64,000 nt of DNA from a virus. Made by a program: the position numbers and the translations under genes. Shown here piece by piece: positions 19,470-29,767 of the stretch (position 1 is the first letter of the stretch; each line of letters starts with the position of its first letter). The notes under the pieces were generated by a model. It worked only from the letters and a program-made list of their open reading frames with translations. It did no database searches and was not told the origin of the DNA. The DNA is taken from IMG/VR virus record IMGVR_UViG_3300008108_000039, positions 64,001 through 128,000 of that record. One strand, 5' to 3'.

Positions 19470-21553
19470 TATTTAATGAATTGATAATCATTTATATTTT
19501 GAGCAATATGAGATATTTTTTCTGATTTAGAAGATATTAAATTAACACCTTTAGTTTGTGAACCAATAGGGGTAAATGTCATATTTACTTCTACTATATG
19601 AGGTAAAATTAATTCTTTAGTTCCATTAGGTAATGGTTCATTTATTGCTATTTCCCAAGGTGAATCTTGAGGTATATTATACGACAAACTATTTAAAATT
19701 CCTAATTGCCCATCAATCCAGTTACCAACAGTCATTCTTACTAATGAACCTCTCATTAATATTCCATTTTCTCCACCATAATCTGGCATTAAATTACCCA
19801 TTAAATAATTTAATTTTTGATACATTGGTTCCATTTCATCCGCTGATAAAGCCGCTGCTTTAAAACTAATTTGAATTTTACGACCAAAACCATTATATAT
19901 ATAAAAATCTTCACCTCGTCCTATATACTTAACTGAGTTCCAGGTAGCATCTACGCTATCTGATAATTGTGTTAAATATGCTCTAAATACCATCCATTGA
20001 GCTCCATTAGGATTATCTGTATTTAACGATTGAATTCTAAATTTAACTAGATCATTAATATTTATATCTTTTCCATTTATATTTATTACATCAATGCTAG
20101 TACCAGCTTTAGCTGAAAATATAGGTGTCAGATTTATTAAATCTTTTCTCCCACTACCAACTCTTGTTTCACGATTTTTCAATGACCATGAACCATTAAC
20201 AGTAACTACTTCTCCATATCCATTTTTATAAACTATATTTGAATTAGTAGTATTATATGAATTTAAAGAACTAGAAATTTGATATCCTTCAGTACCTGAT
20301 GTTTTAGTAAATATATTATAATTGTTTATTTGTGTGTTTATTTTTTCACGTAATTTTTGATATGTTACTATTTCACCTTGATCTATTTGAGAAGGTATTA
20401 CTGTTGGATTTCTTAAATCAATATTATTTATTATTGAATTTGCGGTTTCAGCAAAAGTAGAACTAGTTGAAGATAAATATTGATTAGATACTCCTAAAGC
20501 TTTTGCATAATTAATTGATACTACAGGTTTAAAGAAATTTTTAGCATATATCTCTGGTGTTTGATCAACTTGAGAAGGTATATTTGTTGGAGTATTATCA
20601 TTAATATTATTATCAATTATTTTTTTATCATTAATAGGAGTTCTAAGAAATAAACTACCTAAAACAGTTCCTATTCTAGATATAGTGTTAGATTTAAGTT
20701 CAAAATTAGAACCTTTTGCAATATATCTATTTGATACTCCTAAACTACCAGCATAGTTTATTTTTCCTCTTTCTTCTTGAATAGGTAATTTATTAGGCCA
20801 GTTTACATCACCAGTAAAATCATAACGCTTAATAAGCGTATTTCCTATACCATATACTGAACCTGGTCCTCCTATATATCGGTCTATAATTAATTCTTGA
20901 GGATTTCGAGTTGGGATTCTAAATGGAAATCCAAGCAATGCAATAGCATTATTTAAAAAACCAACTAATCTTCTTGCTTTAGATGGTGGACGTTCATTTC
21001 CTATTAGTTTACTTTTTAATCCAACTAATCTATTATTTTTACTGTTTTGATTATTTGCTTGAGCTACAGCTAAATACTTAGTGCTATCATCTTGAATAGG
21101 TAATAAACCATGTCTATCAAAATGTTGTCCTAAAGCAGTAACAGGAACTTGTGCTAATGTATTTACACCTAAATTATAAATGCGAGTAGGTTGTAATAAA
21201 CCATTTGTTAAGGGACCTATATCACCTGTTAATAAAGTGCTTATAAAACCATTACCACCTTTTTTAGTTTCTAATCGAGGATTAGTTAACTGCATTCCCA
21301 CTTGTCTAGCTATAAACAATGGGCCTTTAGGTGCATCTTTAAAAAATTTAGAAATGCGTATTTTATCTGTTTTAGAAGCTTCTAAAGCTCCTTTAAATCC
21401 ACCTCTAACAAAAGTATCATCAAAAGGTACAGTAGCATTTGTTGTTGTAGGTATATCTTTTTGAATATAGGGTTGTCCACTAGACCCACCACCAGGTCTG
21501 TCACCACCATATTTAAGTGATTTAAGATTTGTTTTAAGGTCAAGTAATGGCAT
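19469..21553 (-). CDS. baseplate/tail-tube initiator-like structural protein
   Basis: C-terminal FRAYL....D...A.W....Y.GR.E..Y.Y..F.R tube-like domain; lies between tape measure and LysM genes. Confidence 0.6.
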   Translation of the reverse strand: MPLLDLKTNLKSLKYGGDRPGGGSSGQPYIQKDIPTTTNATVPFDDTFVRGGFKGALEASKTDKIRISKFFKDAPKGPLFIARQVGMQLTNPRLETKKGGNGFISTLLTGDIGPLTNGLLQPTRIYNLGVNTLAQVPVTALGQHFDRHGLLPIQDDSTKYLAVAQANNQNSKNNRLVGLKSKLIGNERPPSKARRLVGFLNNAIALLGFPFRIPTRNPQELIIDRYIGGPGSVYGIGNTLIKRYDFTGDVNWPNKLPIQEERGKINYAGSLGVSNRYIAKGSNFELKSNTISRIGTVLGSLFLRTPINDKKIIDNNINDNTPTNIPSQVDQTPEIYAKNFFKPVVSINYAKALGVSNQYLSSTSSTFAETANSIINNIDLRNPTVIPSQIDQGEIVTYQKLREKINTQINNYNIFTKTSGTEGYQISSSLNSYNTTNSNIVYKNGYGEVVTVNGSWSLKNRETRVGSGRKDLINLTPIFSAKAGTSIDVININGKDININDLVKFRIQSLNTDNPNGAQWMVFRAYLTQLSDSVDATWNSVKYIGRGEDFYIYNGFGRKIQISFKAAALSADEMEPMYQKLNYLMGNLMPDYGGENGILMRGSLVRMTVGNWIDGQLGILNSLSYNIPQDSPWEIAINEPLPNGTKELILPHIVEVNMTFTPIGSQTKGVNLISSKSEKISHIAQNINDYQFIK

Positions 21554-21558
21554 GGTGC

Positions 21559-21798
21559 TTACTTACCATATTTTTTATTAGGTCCGTATTTATCTTTGCT
21601 ATCGTTAATATCTAAACGTGACGGAGTAGGTTTAGTATCTTCACCACTAATTTTTCTCCATTTAATTTTAGGAGTACCTGTTGTAGAGTATGTAAGATGC
21701 AGTGAATCCGGTGGAACAGGATCAACACCAAATCGTGCTGGTTTTTCACCTTTTAAACCTAAAAGACTAGATTTTATTTTACTTAATAATTGAGACAT
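21559..21798 (-). CDS. hypothetical protein
   Basis: 79-aa ORF preceded by ATATTTAT. Confidence 0.6.
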   Translation of the reverse strand: MSQLLSKIKSSLLGLKGEKPARFGVDPVPPDSLHLTYSTTGTPKIKWRKISGEDTKPTPSRLDINDSKDKYGPNKKYGK

Positions 21799-21830
21799 AG
21801 TATTAATATTTTGGTATAAATATTTGAGTA

Positions 21831-23918
21831 TTAGGCTAGTTTGTATGAATTTTGCACTAATGTTGATCCTACCTTATTGCTATCCATTTTAATGGATGTA
21901 TCTTTATTATATAGTCTATCTACGGATGCTTTAACTTCTTTTATAGCATTTATCATTGGTGTTAAATCTGTTCCTAACATTCCTGCAGCTCTTGGGGAAC
22001 TTAATGGAATAATAGCTTCAGGACCGGCTTCACCAATAGTAGCATTATTTATTTCACTTGTAACAATACCACCTGATGCAAATTCTTTTTGTTTTTTATT
22101 ACCCATCAGCGTTTCTACACCTAATATAATACCACCTAATGCAGCTAAACTTAATAAACCTTTAATTGGGTTCATAAAAGTCATAATTCCAATAACTGTA
22201 AATAATATTCCTTTTAATATTGATCCAAAAGTATTTGCTGGGCCTAATATTCCGTTAATAGCATCACCTATTAATCTAAATGGAGCCCCAATTAATGTTA
22301 CAACTTGTAAAGCATCTGATAGTAAACTTAGCATTAACCCTAACGGACCTGCTACTAAGTTACCTAATAAATCTTTTAATTTATCTACGGCATTATTAAA
22401 TTTTTCTTGAGATGTTAATTGCTCCATTCTTTGAAGTGCTTCTTTACCACCAAGTGCTAATATTTCCTCTCTTGACTTATTTAAATATTGTTGTTTAAAT
22501 AATTGATCTGATAAAGCATCAGCTGATAATCCTAAAGCTTCAGCTAATGATTTTTGAGCAATAACATTCATTTCAGAGAATGTATTAAAATCAACTGCTT
22601 GTGCTGATAATTCTTCGGCAACTGCTTTTTGATCACCCATTAAAGCAGCCATTCTTGCTCTTTCTAAATTTATTTGTTTACCTGTAATTAATTCTGCTTT
22701 AAGTTCATTCTCAATTGATGATTCAAAATTAAGTAATGATTCAGCTTGAGATTTTGTTTGTTCAAGAGTAGTACCTAGAGCCTGTGTTTTAGCTATTGCT
22801 TCAGCTATAGCAGCAGGATTAGCTTTAAAATTTGCTAATAATTGTCCTGATACTTTACCTGTTTGTTCTAATATTTTTCTATTATCTAAACGTAGTTTAG
22901 TTTCTTGTTTTACTTTTTCAATAGCACCAACAGTATTAATTGTAATTTGTCTTGCATTTTTACCTGTTGCTAAAGTAATTTTAGATAAACCAATAGCTGC
23001 TTCTTCACTAATTTTAACTTTTTGAGTTAAATTAATAAATTCCTGATTAATACCTTGAGAAAGTATTCTTGTAACCCCTAAAGCATCACTTAATTTAGAT
23101 TGAGCTTCTAAAAGTTTAGTTGTTGAAATAGCAGTGTCATTTATAGCTCTACTTTGTTCAACAAATTGTTCTCTTATTAAAAATGCTTCACCTCTAGTTA
23201 TTACTAATGATCTATTAAGGGCAATAATTTGCTTTTCAGCCTCTACCATTTTAGATACTATAAAAGCTAAAATAGTAAGAGGATCTACTAGTCCTTTTAC
23301 TAAACTTTTTCCTAATGAATTTAATCCGGCTTTTAAAGTTGTAAATCTATTTGCTCCTTGTTTAGCAGCTGCTTCTTGAATATTTTCTAAAACTTTTTCA
23401 CTGTCTATTAATCCTCCTAATATAGGTATTTTATTTAGACCTTTTACTATACTGCCTAAATTACCCATTGCTTTTTTTATTTCTTCAGCTTTTTTTCTTT
23501 GCTCTTCTAATTTATTTAATCCTTCATCTATTTCTGCATTTAGATTATTTTGTAATTTTTCCTTTTCACCTAAAGTTATTAATTCATTTTGTAAAGCATT
23601 TTGTAAATCAATTTGTATTAATTTTTGTTTATTTTTTAAATTTTCTATTTGTTTATTAATATCTTTAGAAGTAAGTTGACCTTTATTTAATTTATTTTGA
23701 TTTTCCAAAATTTGTCCACTACTTTTTCCTAAGTTGTTTATAGATGATGTTAAATCAAATTTTATTTTTTTAGTTAATTGTTTAGTAGTAGCATCAGCAT
23801 CTATTAAATTCCTATTTAAATTAGCTCTAAGATTAGCTCCTAAACTATCAAAAGCATCTTTTAATGCTGCTACTGATTCTTGTGTTTCTTGTAATATTTC
23901 TTCTGGTGTTTTAGCCAT
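21831..23918 (-). CDS. tail tape measure protein
   Basis: Long helical A/L/Q/K-rich protein with a hydrophobic G-rich segment and FA.GGIV...IGEAGPEAIIPL motif; follows the tube and chaperone genes. Confidence 0.8.
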   Translation of the reverse strand: MAKTPEEILQETQESVAALKDAFDSLGANLRANLNRNLIDADATTKQLTKKIKFDLTSSINNLGKSSGQILENQNKLNKGQLTSKDINKQIENLKNKQKLIQIDLQNALQNELITLGEKEKLQNNLNAEIDEGLNKLEEQRKKAEEIKKAMGNLGSIVKGLNKIPILGGLIDSEKVLENIQEAAAKQGANRFTTLKAGLNSLGKSLVKGLVDPLTILAFIVSKMVEAEKQIIALNRSLVITRGEAFLIREQFVEQSRAINDTAISTTKLLEAQSKLSDALGVTRILSQGINQEFINLTQKVKISEEAAIGLSKITLATGKNARQITINTVGAIEKVKQETKLRLDNRKILEQTGKVSGQLLANFKANPAAIAEAIAKTQALGTTLEQTKSQAESLLNFESSIENELKAELITGKQINLERARMAALMGDQKAVAEELSAQAVDFNTFSEMNVIAQKSLAEALGLSADALSDQLFKQQYLNKSREEILALGGKEALQRMEQLTSQEKFNNAVDKLKDLLGNLVAGPLGLMLSLLSDALQVVTLIGAPFRLIGDAINGILGPANTFGSILKGILFTVIGIMTFMNPIKGLLSLAALGGIILGVETLMGNKKQKEFASGGIVTSEINNATIGEAGPEAIIPLSSPRAAGMLGTDLTPMINAIKEVKASVDRLYNKDTSIKMDSNKVGSTLVQNSYKLA

Positions 23919-23959
23919 AATATATTATTGTTGTTCCGTATAAATATTAAAAGAAACGC

Positions 23960-24250
23960 CTACTTTCGTGGCGCTTTTGTTGTATATGTTGGTTGTTTTG
24001 GGTTAATAGCAGGACCTTTAGCATTAGTTTGACCTTTATTTTTCAACATATTTTGTTGTTTTTCGGTTTCTTCCTTTTGTTTTTCATAATACTCACGTAT
24101 TGTTTCAAAAGTAAAACGACGCAACCATATAGGCATATTGTAAACCGTTGCCCAATCATAACCGCCTTGACCATGAAAAACTATTTCATGGATTGTTTTA
24201 AATAATGCTAATCTATACTCCCGAGTCAGGCCAAAAAAAGTTAAGTCCAA
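23960..24250 (-). CDS. tail assembly chaperone C-terminal part (gp51/gpT-like), probably made by frameshift
   Basis: Only a TTG start, inside the upstream gene; IHEIVFHG.GG....VYNMPIWLR motif. Confidence 0.65.
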   Translation of the reverse strand: MDLTFFGLTREYRLALFKTIHEIVFHGQGGYDWATVYNMPIWLRRFTFETIREYYEKQKEETEKQQNMLKNKGQTNAKGPAINPKQPTYTTKAPRK

Positions 24251-24953
24251 TATTAAATTCTACGCCCTCCCCAACGTAGTCTGGATCACTAGGAGTAAAT
24301 TTCATTTCTATATCAGGCGATACTTCTGAATAATATTGACGAAGAGCTCTTGCGTCGGGTGCTAATAAAGCTGTGTCTACAAACTCACGAACTGATTTAG
24401 CTTCGCGGTTACCATTAATAGAGGTAATAATATATTTTAAACGAGTTGTAACTTCAGTTGTGGCGTTTGGATTTACTTTTTTTAATCCTTTAATTTCGGC
24501 TTCGATTTTTTGTTCATCACCGTGTGTTAGCAGTTTAAAAGTAACTACATTTCCTGTTTTAGGTAAAGTAAAAGTAAATTCATTACCATTTTTATACAAG
24601 GATTCGTTAAGTTCTTTTTCTTTTAGTTGTGATAAATCAATGGTTTCTTGTTTACCACTATATTCAATAACATAATCTTTACCATAACCTAAAACGCGTG
24701 CTGCAATTAAAATTGCATTTTTATCACCAACTAATAATTCATTATAATCAATTGATGTTACAATCATTGATTGTAGTAATTTATCAATTACTGTTCCGTT
24801 TTTAATATAATTGACATTAGTAAGAATATCTTCTTCCTTAGCTGTCATATATTTTAATTCTACTTCACCTTTAGAAAGTGGTGATTCTTTTGGGTACAAT
24901 AAACCTTTTGAAGGTAATGTAACTGTTTCGGTTGGAATTTTAAATTCAGACAT
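24213..24953 (-). CDS. tail/baseplate hub assembly chaperone (gp26-like)
   Basis: LPSKG..Y, YMTAKEEDIL, GD...L...R...YG..Y; ends NFFWP. Confidence 0.78.
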   Translation of the reverse strand: MSEFKIPTETVTLPSKGLLYPKESPLSKGEVELKYMTAKEEDILTNVNYIKNGTVIDKLLQSMIVTSIDYNELLVGDKNAILIAARVLGYGKDYVIEYSGKQETIDLSQLKEKELNESLYKNGNEFTFTLPKTGNVVTFKLLTHGDEQKIEAEIKGLKKVNPNATTEVTTRLKYIITSINGNREAKSVREFVDTALLAPDARALRQYYSEVSPDIEMKFTPSDPDYVGEGVEFNIGLNFFWPDSGV

Positions 24954-24975
24954 ATAACATTTTAATTTGTGTATA

Positions 24976-25007
24976 TAAATATATGCAAAAACTATTTTTT
25001 AACCAAA
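24976..25007 (-). promoter_or_regulatory. Bacteroidota-type promoter overlapping an ATATTTAT motif
   Basis: TTTG-N20-TATATTTA. Confidence 0.55.
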
Positions 25008-25747
25008 TCTAATAATATTTGCTTAACATATTTAATATTATTATTAATATCATCTTCCCAAAAACGTAGCAATGTATAGCCATTATCTAATGCCCATTGT
25101 GATTTAATAGAGTCTTTAATTAAATTACGTTTTTGTGTTTCATATTTAGGAATATTATGTTTACTATTCGGGTTACAATGCCAAAAATCACCATCTACCT
25201 CAATAATAATATTATGTTTTGGTAAATAAAAATCATAAAATGCTTTAATATCTTTAGCGTAAAAGAATTGCTGATATTCTATATCTAATAAATCTAATAT
25301 ATTAGCAAATGTTTTTTCTAATTTAGATGTGTGATTATGATCAGTTATAAGTACACGTTGAATTGCTGTTTCGCTCATTTTATCTTTAGTAGCCTGGCTG
25401 TGTACTCTACCAACTCCAAATCCATCAGCTTTGGGACGAGATATACCTTTACCACCTTTACTAATTTTTTGTTTGATCTCTTCAGATCGATTCTGTGATA
25501 CTTTGTCTAATATGTGATTATATTCACCTGAAGCGAACTTGGCTTTACGGGTACTTATAATAGCATTTACACGTTTTTCAGATTTGGGGTCACCAAAGTG
25601 ACCAGCTACACGGGATTGATGTCCACTTATCCATTTACAATAATCTTTTAATTTTGCTTCATAACGTGTTTGTTGACCACACCCACATTGGCATGTTGGG
25701 TGGATACCATTGTATTTGTCTTGTATTATTTTATCCTTTTTAAGCAT
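24992..25747 (-). CDS. homing endonuclease (NUMOD3 repeats plus DUF559/Vsr-like PD-(D/E)xK nuclease)
   Basis: C.CGCG N-terminus, HS..TK.KMS repeats, YDFY.....IIEVDG.FWH, D..K...A...GY.LLRFWE. Confidence 0.8.
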   Translation of the reverse strand: MLKKDKIIQDKYNGIHPTCQCGCGQQTRYEAKLKDYCKWISGHQSRVAGHFGDPKSEKRVNAIISTRKAKFASGEYNHILDKVSQNRSEEIKQKISKGGKGISRPKADGFGVGRVHSQATKDKMSETAIQRVLITDHNHTSKLEKTFANILDLLDIEYQQFFYAKDIKAFYDFYLPKHNIIIEVDGDFWHCNPNSKHNIPKYETQKRNLIKDSIKSQWALDNGYTLLRFWEDDINNNIKYVKQILLDLVKK

Positions 25748-25752
25748 AAAGA

Positions 25753-25788
25753 AACCCTCTTGTATACTGATAAATATACGAGAGGGTT
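25753..25788 (-). promoter_or_regulatory. RNA hairpin covering the ribosome-binding region of the endonuclease gene, with the promoter motif across its 5' arm and loop
   Basis: AACCCTCTcGTATA-tttatcag-TATACaAGAGGGTT, ending 5 nt before the ATG. Confidence 0.7.
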
Positions 25789-25836
25789 AAAAAATATGCT
25801 TTGGACGATATTGTTTTTAATTGAGTATAAAGCGCA

Positions 25837-26322
25837 TCAAAAATTTAATACACAATAATCCATAGCGATTGTTACTGATAAATTAATTGCGGCATCACTT
25901 GCCCAATCATAATCACCAAAAGTAGCTGTTTTTACATAAGCTCCTTTAACAATCCACTCACCTACTACATCACCTACAGGACCTAAAATATCTAATGTTA
26001 AATCTTTTTTATAAAAATCAGAATAACCATCACGACCTGTTATTGATTCGTGTGCTAAACGAGCCCACTCCATTACAGCTTGAGCTCCAGATGGAGTTAC
26101 AGGATCATATAATTCTAAAGTCATATCATTCCATCTTACTTTACCTTTTACTTTACGGTAAACATTGATGTGGTCTAAAATAATTTCACCAGCTTCAAAT
26201 CCAGGAGCAGATGCTTTTTTAATCAAATATGCAGGAATACCATCTACATACATGATAAAGCGGTTTTGAACTTTTGGTTCAAAAGCGGTAAACATTATTT
26301 CATTTGCGTCTAATACAGGCAT
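25837..26322 (-). CDS. tail tube protein (gp19-like)
   Basis: FEPK..NRF, KGK..W....L.LYDP, EW, W...GA.....FG..DW; follows the sheath gene. Confidence 0.88.
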   Translation of the reverse strand: MPVLDANEIMFTAFEPKVQNRFIMYVDGIPAYLIKKASAPGFEAGEIILDHINVYRKVKGKVRWNDMTLELYDPVTPSGAQAVMEWARLAHESITGRDGYSDFYKKDLTLDILGPVGDVVGEWIVKGAYVKTATFGDYDWASDAAINLSVTIAMDYCVLNF

Positions 26323-26371
26323 TTTATTTTATTTTTTATTGCTATCAATAAATATTAGCAACTACACCCCC

Positions 26372-28132
26372 TTATGCAGGGAATGTAGCGCCAGTTGGTT
26401 GAATATTAAAGTTTAATATAATGAATTCAGCAGTCTTAGTTGGTTGAATATAAATCTGACCTACTAACTGATTTCTATCAATTACATCAGGAGTGTTATT
26501 CGTATCGTCCATTATTACTCTATATGCAAATAAACCTTGACGTTGAGCTACTGATTCTAAATATGGATTAACTTGTGCTAAGAATCTATTACGTGTAACA
26601 TTTGTATTTTGTTCAAATACTAAGTTACGAGATACTTGACCAATAAATCCTTTTAAGGCAATTAACAAACGACGAACATTTACACGATCTAAAGCTGTTG
26701 CTCTACGTTGTAATGTTTTTTGTCCATATACTACTACTCCTTCACTTGGGAATGTAGCTAATGGGTTAACGTTTGCATTGTATAATACATCACGATCAGC
26801 TTGAGATAATCTTCTTTCAGCTCTTAATACATTTGGTACACCACCACGATTAATACCGGCAGGTGCAAACCAAGGTTGAGCTACTTGATCATTAAATGCT
26901 AACACACCACCCATTACTGTTGATGGAGGACACCATACTGCCTTACCTAAATTAGAACTAAATAATTGAACCCAAGGCCAATAAGTTCCAGCATAATTAC
27001 TAGATTGACCAGCTGCAGATGTTGCAGCACCAATTACTGTGCTACCGTATCCTTTAGTATCAATAATAGCAAAAGCATCACCTCTACTTTCTACAGTTGA
27101 AATCATAGTTGAAGCCGCTGCATTATCTAAGGTAACACCAGGAGCTAATAATACGTTAAATGAATATTCATCACTATTTAATAATAAATTAAAGGCATTT
27201 TGATAATCAGTAGCTGAAAATCCTTGTATATTTGTTGCTGAAATGTTTTCATTCATTAATTGAACTGCATTTGTAGCCGCAACACCACCTGTAAAAGCTC
27301 CACCAATTGAACCACTACCTAAAGCAGGTAAACCACCAGCATATGTAGTACCAGTTCCGTTAGGGATAACAGAACCAGATTTATAAAATCCGTTATTATC
27401 TAAAGAATCTACTTGAGGGTTTACTACTGATCTAACACGAACATATTGAGAAGCGTTAGCATATGAACCTGTAAGTTCCACAAAAGGAAGACCAGTAGTT
27501 GAATCTACTCTATATACAGGTTTAATATCACCAATTACACGAGAAATAAAATTAGGTAAATTTGGATCTAATGATAAATTAGGCCAAGTTTCTAAATAAT
27601 TAGATTGAGCCGTATTGTCGTTACCAGCACGGATAGCTAAAGTAAATGTACCACTACCTGTGTTAACTTGTGTTACTTCCCAACGCACATTAAGTGTACT
27701 ACCACTTACTAAAGCACCAGCAACTATAGAGCCACTATTGTTCATTACATCACCCCAAGCAAGGGTTTCAAGAACAAATGAAGCTTCATTTGCTACTGCA
27801 GGTCCAGAAGCTGTAACTGAAGCTGAAGCATATACAGATACATTTGCACTACCACTAATAACACGAGTTACTAATAATGTTTGACCACCGTTACTAAAAA
27901 ATTCACGAGCAGCTTGTGAAGTTAGATATTCATAGTAATAACTAGCACTTCTAAAGGTTTCACCAAATTGAGCTGCATATTCAGAGTATGAAGTTATAAC
28001 AGTAGGTACTAATGGTTGACCTTTTACTGTAGGACCAACTAATGCAGTTGCAGTACCTTGTATACCTCTTTGTACTAAAGAAGCATCACTTTCATTCTGA
28101 AAAACGCCGGGACTTATAATTTTTTCTGACAT
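26372..28132 (-). CDS. tail sheath protein (gp18-like)
   Basis: SPGV...E.D, PWFAPAG..RG, LY...VNP...FP..G....GQKTL, DRVNVRRL, P..TAEFI. Confidence 0.95.
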   Translation of the reverse strand: MSEKIISPGVFQNESDASLVQRGIQGTATALVGPTVKGQPLVPTVITSYSEYAAQFGETFRSASYYYEYLTSQAAREFFSNGGQTLLVTRVISGSANVSVYASASVTASGPAVANEASFVLETLAWGDVMNNSGSIVAGALVSGSTLNVRWEVTQVNTGSGTFTLAIRAGNDNTAQSNYLETWPNLSLDPNLPNFISRVIGDIKPVYRVDSTTGLPFVELTGSYANASQYVRVRSVVNPQVDSLDNNGFYKSGSVIPNGTGTTYAGGLPALGSGSIGGAFTGGVAATNAVQLMNENISATNIQGFSATDYQNAFNLLLNSDEYSFNVLLAPGVTLDNAAASTMISTVESRGDAFAIIDTKGYGSTVIGAATSAAGQSSNYAGTYWPWVQLFSSNLGKAVWCPPSTVMGGVLAFNDQVAQPWFAPAGINRGGVPNVLRAERRLSQADRDVLYNANVNPLATFPSEGVVVYGQKTLQRRATALDRVNVRRLLIALKGFIGQVSRNLVFEQNTNVTRNRFLAQVNPYLESVAQRQGLFAYRVIMDDTNNTPDVIDRNQLVGQIYIQPTKTAEFIILNFNIQPTGATFPA

Positions 28133-28206
28133 TTTATATTATTATTTTTGGAATTTATTAGGATTAACCTAACAATAAATATCCAAAAACCGTAATAAAA
28201 TGCAGA

Positions 28207-28476
28207 TTATTGTTGAATAGGTGTAATTTCCCCTGTTTCGGAATTAATATCACCAGCTCCGTATTTTTCTTCGAGTGTTTTAATTAATTCTAATTCTTGT
28301 TTGCTGATTGTTGTGATATCAGATATTAAACCTTTTTTTTCTTCTTGAAGTTTTTCAATTTGTTGTTGAAATGCAATAATTTGCGTTTCAGCTACACCAA
28401 TTTCAAATACGGTTTGATTATATCTTGATTGTAAATCTTTAATAGATTGTAATTCTTCTGTTGTTAATGTTTTCAT
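28207..28476 (-). CDS. coiled-coil hypothetical protein
   Basis: Heptad pattern; LEEKYG.G.IN.ETGE end. Confidence 0.65.
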   Translation of the reverse strand: MKTLTTEELQSIKDLQSRYNQTVFEIGVAETQIIAFQQQIEKLQEEKKGLISDITTISKQELELIKTLEEKYGAGDINSETGEITPIQQ

Positions 28477-28483
28477 ATACTTT

Positions 28484-28717
28484 TTATTTTGTCCAAAACT
28501 TTTTAGGGCATGCTTCAGGACCCGGTAATGGTGAAAATACTTTTTTATCTAAGGGGCATCCACATTCTCCACAAATATGAATATTTAAAGCTTTAATGTA
28601 CTTTTTATAAGAACAAGTATCACAAATATTAGCTCTATGTCTAGCTATTTCTTCATCTTCAGAAGATGGATTAGCTGCAGTTACCCATGATTGAAATATT
28701 TCACTAATTTTGTTCAT
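28484..28717 (-). CDS. Cys-rich zinc-binding small protein (probable start MNKISE)
   Basis: R..IC..C, C..CGC.L..K, CP...W. Confidence 0.65.
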   Translation of the reverse strand: MNKISEIFQSWVTAANPSSEDEEIARHRANICDTCSYKKYIKALNIHICGECGCPLDKKVFSPLPGPEACPKKFWTK

Positions 28718-29159
28718 CTTCGGTAACCAATTTAAAAAATACTGGGTAGTTATTGTCTGATTTAAGATCTTCAAACGAGCTAAGAGGAAATGGTTTATAT
28801 TCTAATTCCTTTTCTTCATTTAATAACATCTTAAATTCATTTTGAAATTCCATAAATTTTGGATTTACAGTATTTTCAGTTTGTTCATCACCTTCTGTAA
28901 GGTAAAGTGATATACTATATCCTCCGCTTTCATTAACTTCACCGTATTTTTTAATCAATTCATCTTTCAAAGATTCAATAGCTTGTTTTTCAACAGTTAT
29001 TTTTTTAGCTAATTCTGTTAGCCAATATTTAGTTGTAAGTTTTAAATTTTCACTTAACAAACCAGTACTTAGCTGTTCACCTGTTGATTGATTCACAACA
29101 CCGTTTAACTCCGAATCTAATTGATAAAATTCGAGTAACTTTAAACTAATTGTAGCCAT
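28704..29159 (-). CDS. hypothetical protein
   Basis: 151-aa acidic helical ORF. Confidence 0.65.
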   Translation of the reverse strand: MATISLKLLEFYQLDSELNGVVNQSTGEQLSTGLLSENLKLTTKYWLTELAKKITVEKQAIESLKDELIKKYGEVNESGGYSISLYLTEGDEQTENTVNPKFMEFQNEFKMLLNEEKELEYKPFPLSSFEDLKSDNNYPVFFKLVTEDEQN

Positions 29160-29162
29160 TAA

Positions 29163-29525
29163 TTATTTTGATTTTTTGGTAGGTTTTTTAGTAGTAGCTT
29201 TTTTAGTAGCAGTTTTTTTAACTTTTCTTACTACTTCGTTTGCTTCGGTAACAGCAGATGCTACTGTTTCAGAAGATGTACCTAAAGGAGCACCAAAATA
29301 TTCTACAACCTTTTTATTTTGTACTTCAGAATCAGGAGCATTATAAATACCTACAGGAGCTCCAAAATGTTCTACAACATTTTTTGAATTTTCAGAAGAT
29401 TTTACAGGATTTTCTACAACCACTTCAAATGTGCTGTTAGAGGTTTTTACTTTTTTCGATACAAGTTGTTTTACAACTAAGAAAAATACTGCAGCTGCAG
29501 CTAAAAAGAGAATGAATGTTAGCAT
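29163..29525 (-). CDS. membrane-anchored protein with internal repeat and Lys-rich tail
   Basis: N-terminal TM helix; VVE(H/Y)FGAP(V/L)G occurs twice. Confidence 0.6.
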   Translation of the reverse strand: MLTFILFLAAAAVFFLVVKQLVSKKVKTSNSTFEVVVENPVKSSENSKNVVEHFGAPVGIYNAPDSEVQNKKVVEYFGAPLGTSSETVASAVTEANEVVRKVKKTATKKATTKKPTKKSK

Positions 29526-29551
29526 AAATTTTATTTTTTATTTATTTGATA

Positions 29552-29583
29552 TAAATATATACAAAAGATGGGAGACAACCAAA
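29552..29583 (-). promoter_or_regulatory. Bacteroidota-type promoter
   Basis: TTTG-N20-TATATTTA. Confidence 0.55.
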
Positions 29584-29586
29584 TTT

Positions 29587-29748
29587 TTATTTATTTTTTA
29601 AGATAAATAAAGATTCCTCTGTTTCTTGTATACTACTTTCTAGTTTAATTATTGATTCTAAATCTCCATTACTTAATGCTAGATTTTTCAAATTATATAA
29701 ATTAGCAAGTTTATTCTCTAATATTTTAATTATTTCATCTATTTTCAC
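29587..29748 (-). CDS. small helical protein (53 aa, GTG start), not in ORF track
   Basis: Translated by hand: VKIDEIIKILENKLANL...; follows the fibre gene. Confidence 0.5.
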   Translation of the reverse strand: MKIDEIIKILENKLANLYNLKNLALSNGDLESIIKLESSIQETEESLFILKNK

Positions 29749-29767
29749 CTAAATAAAATTTTAACTA

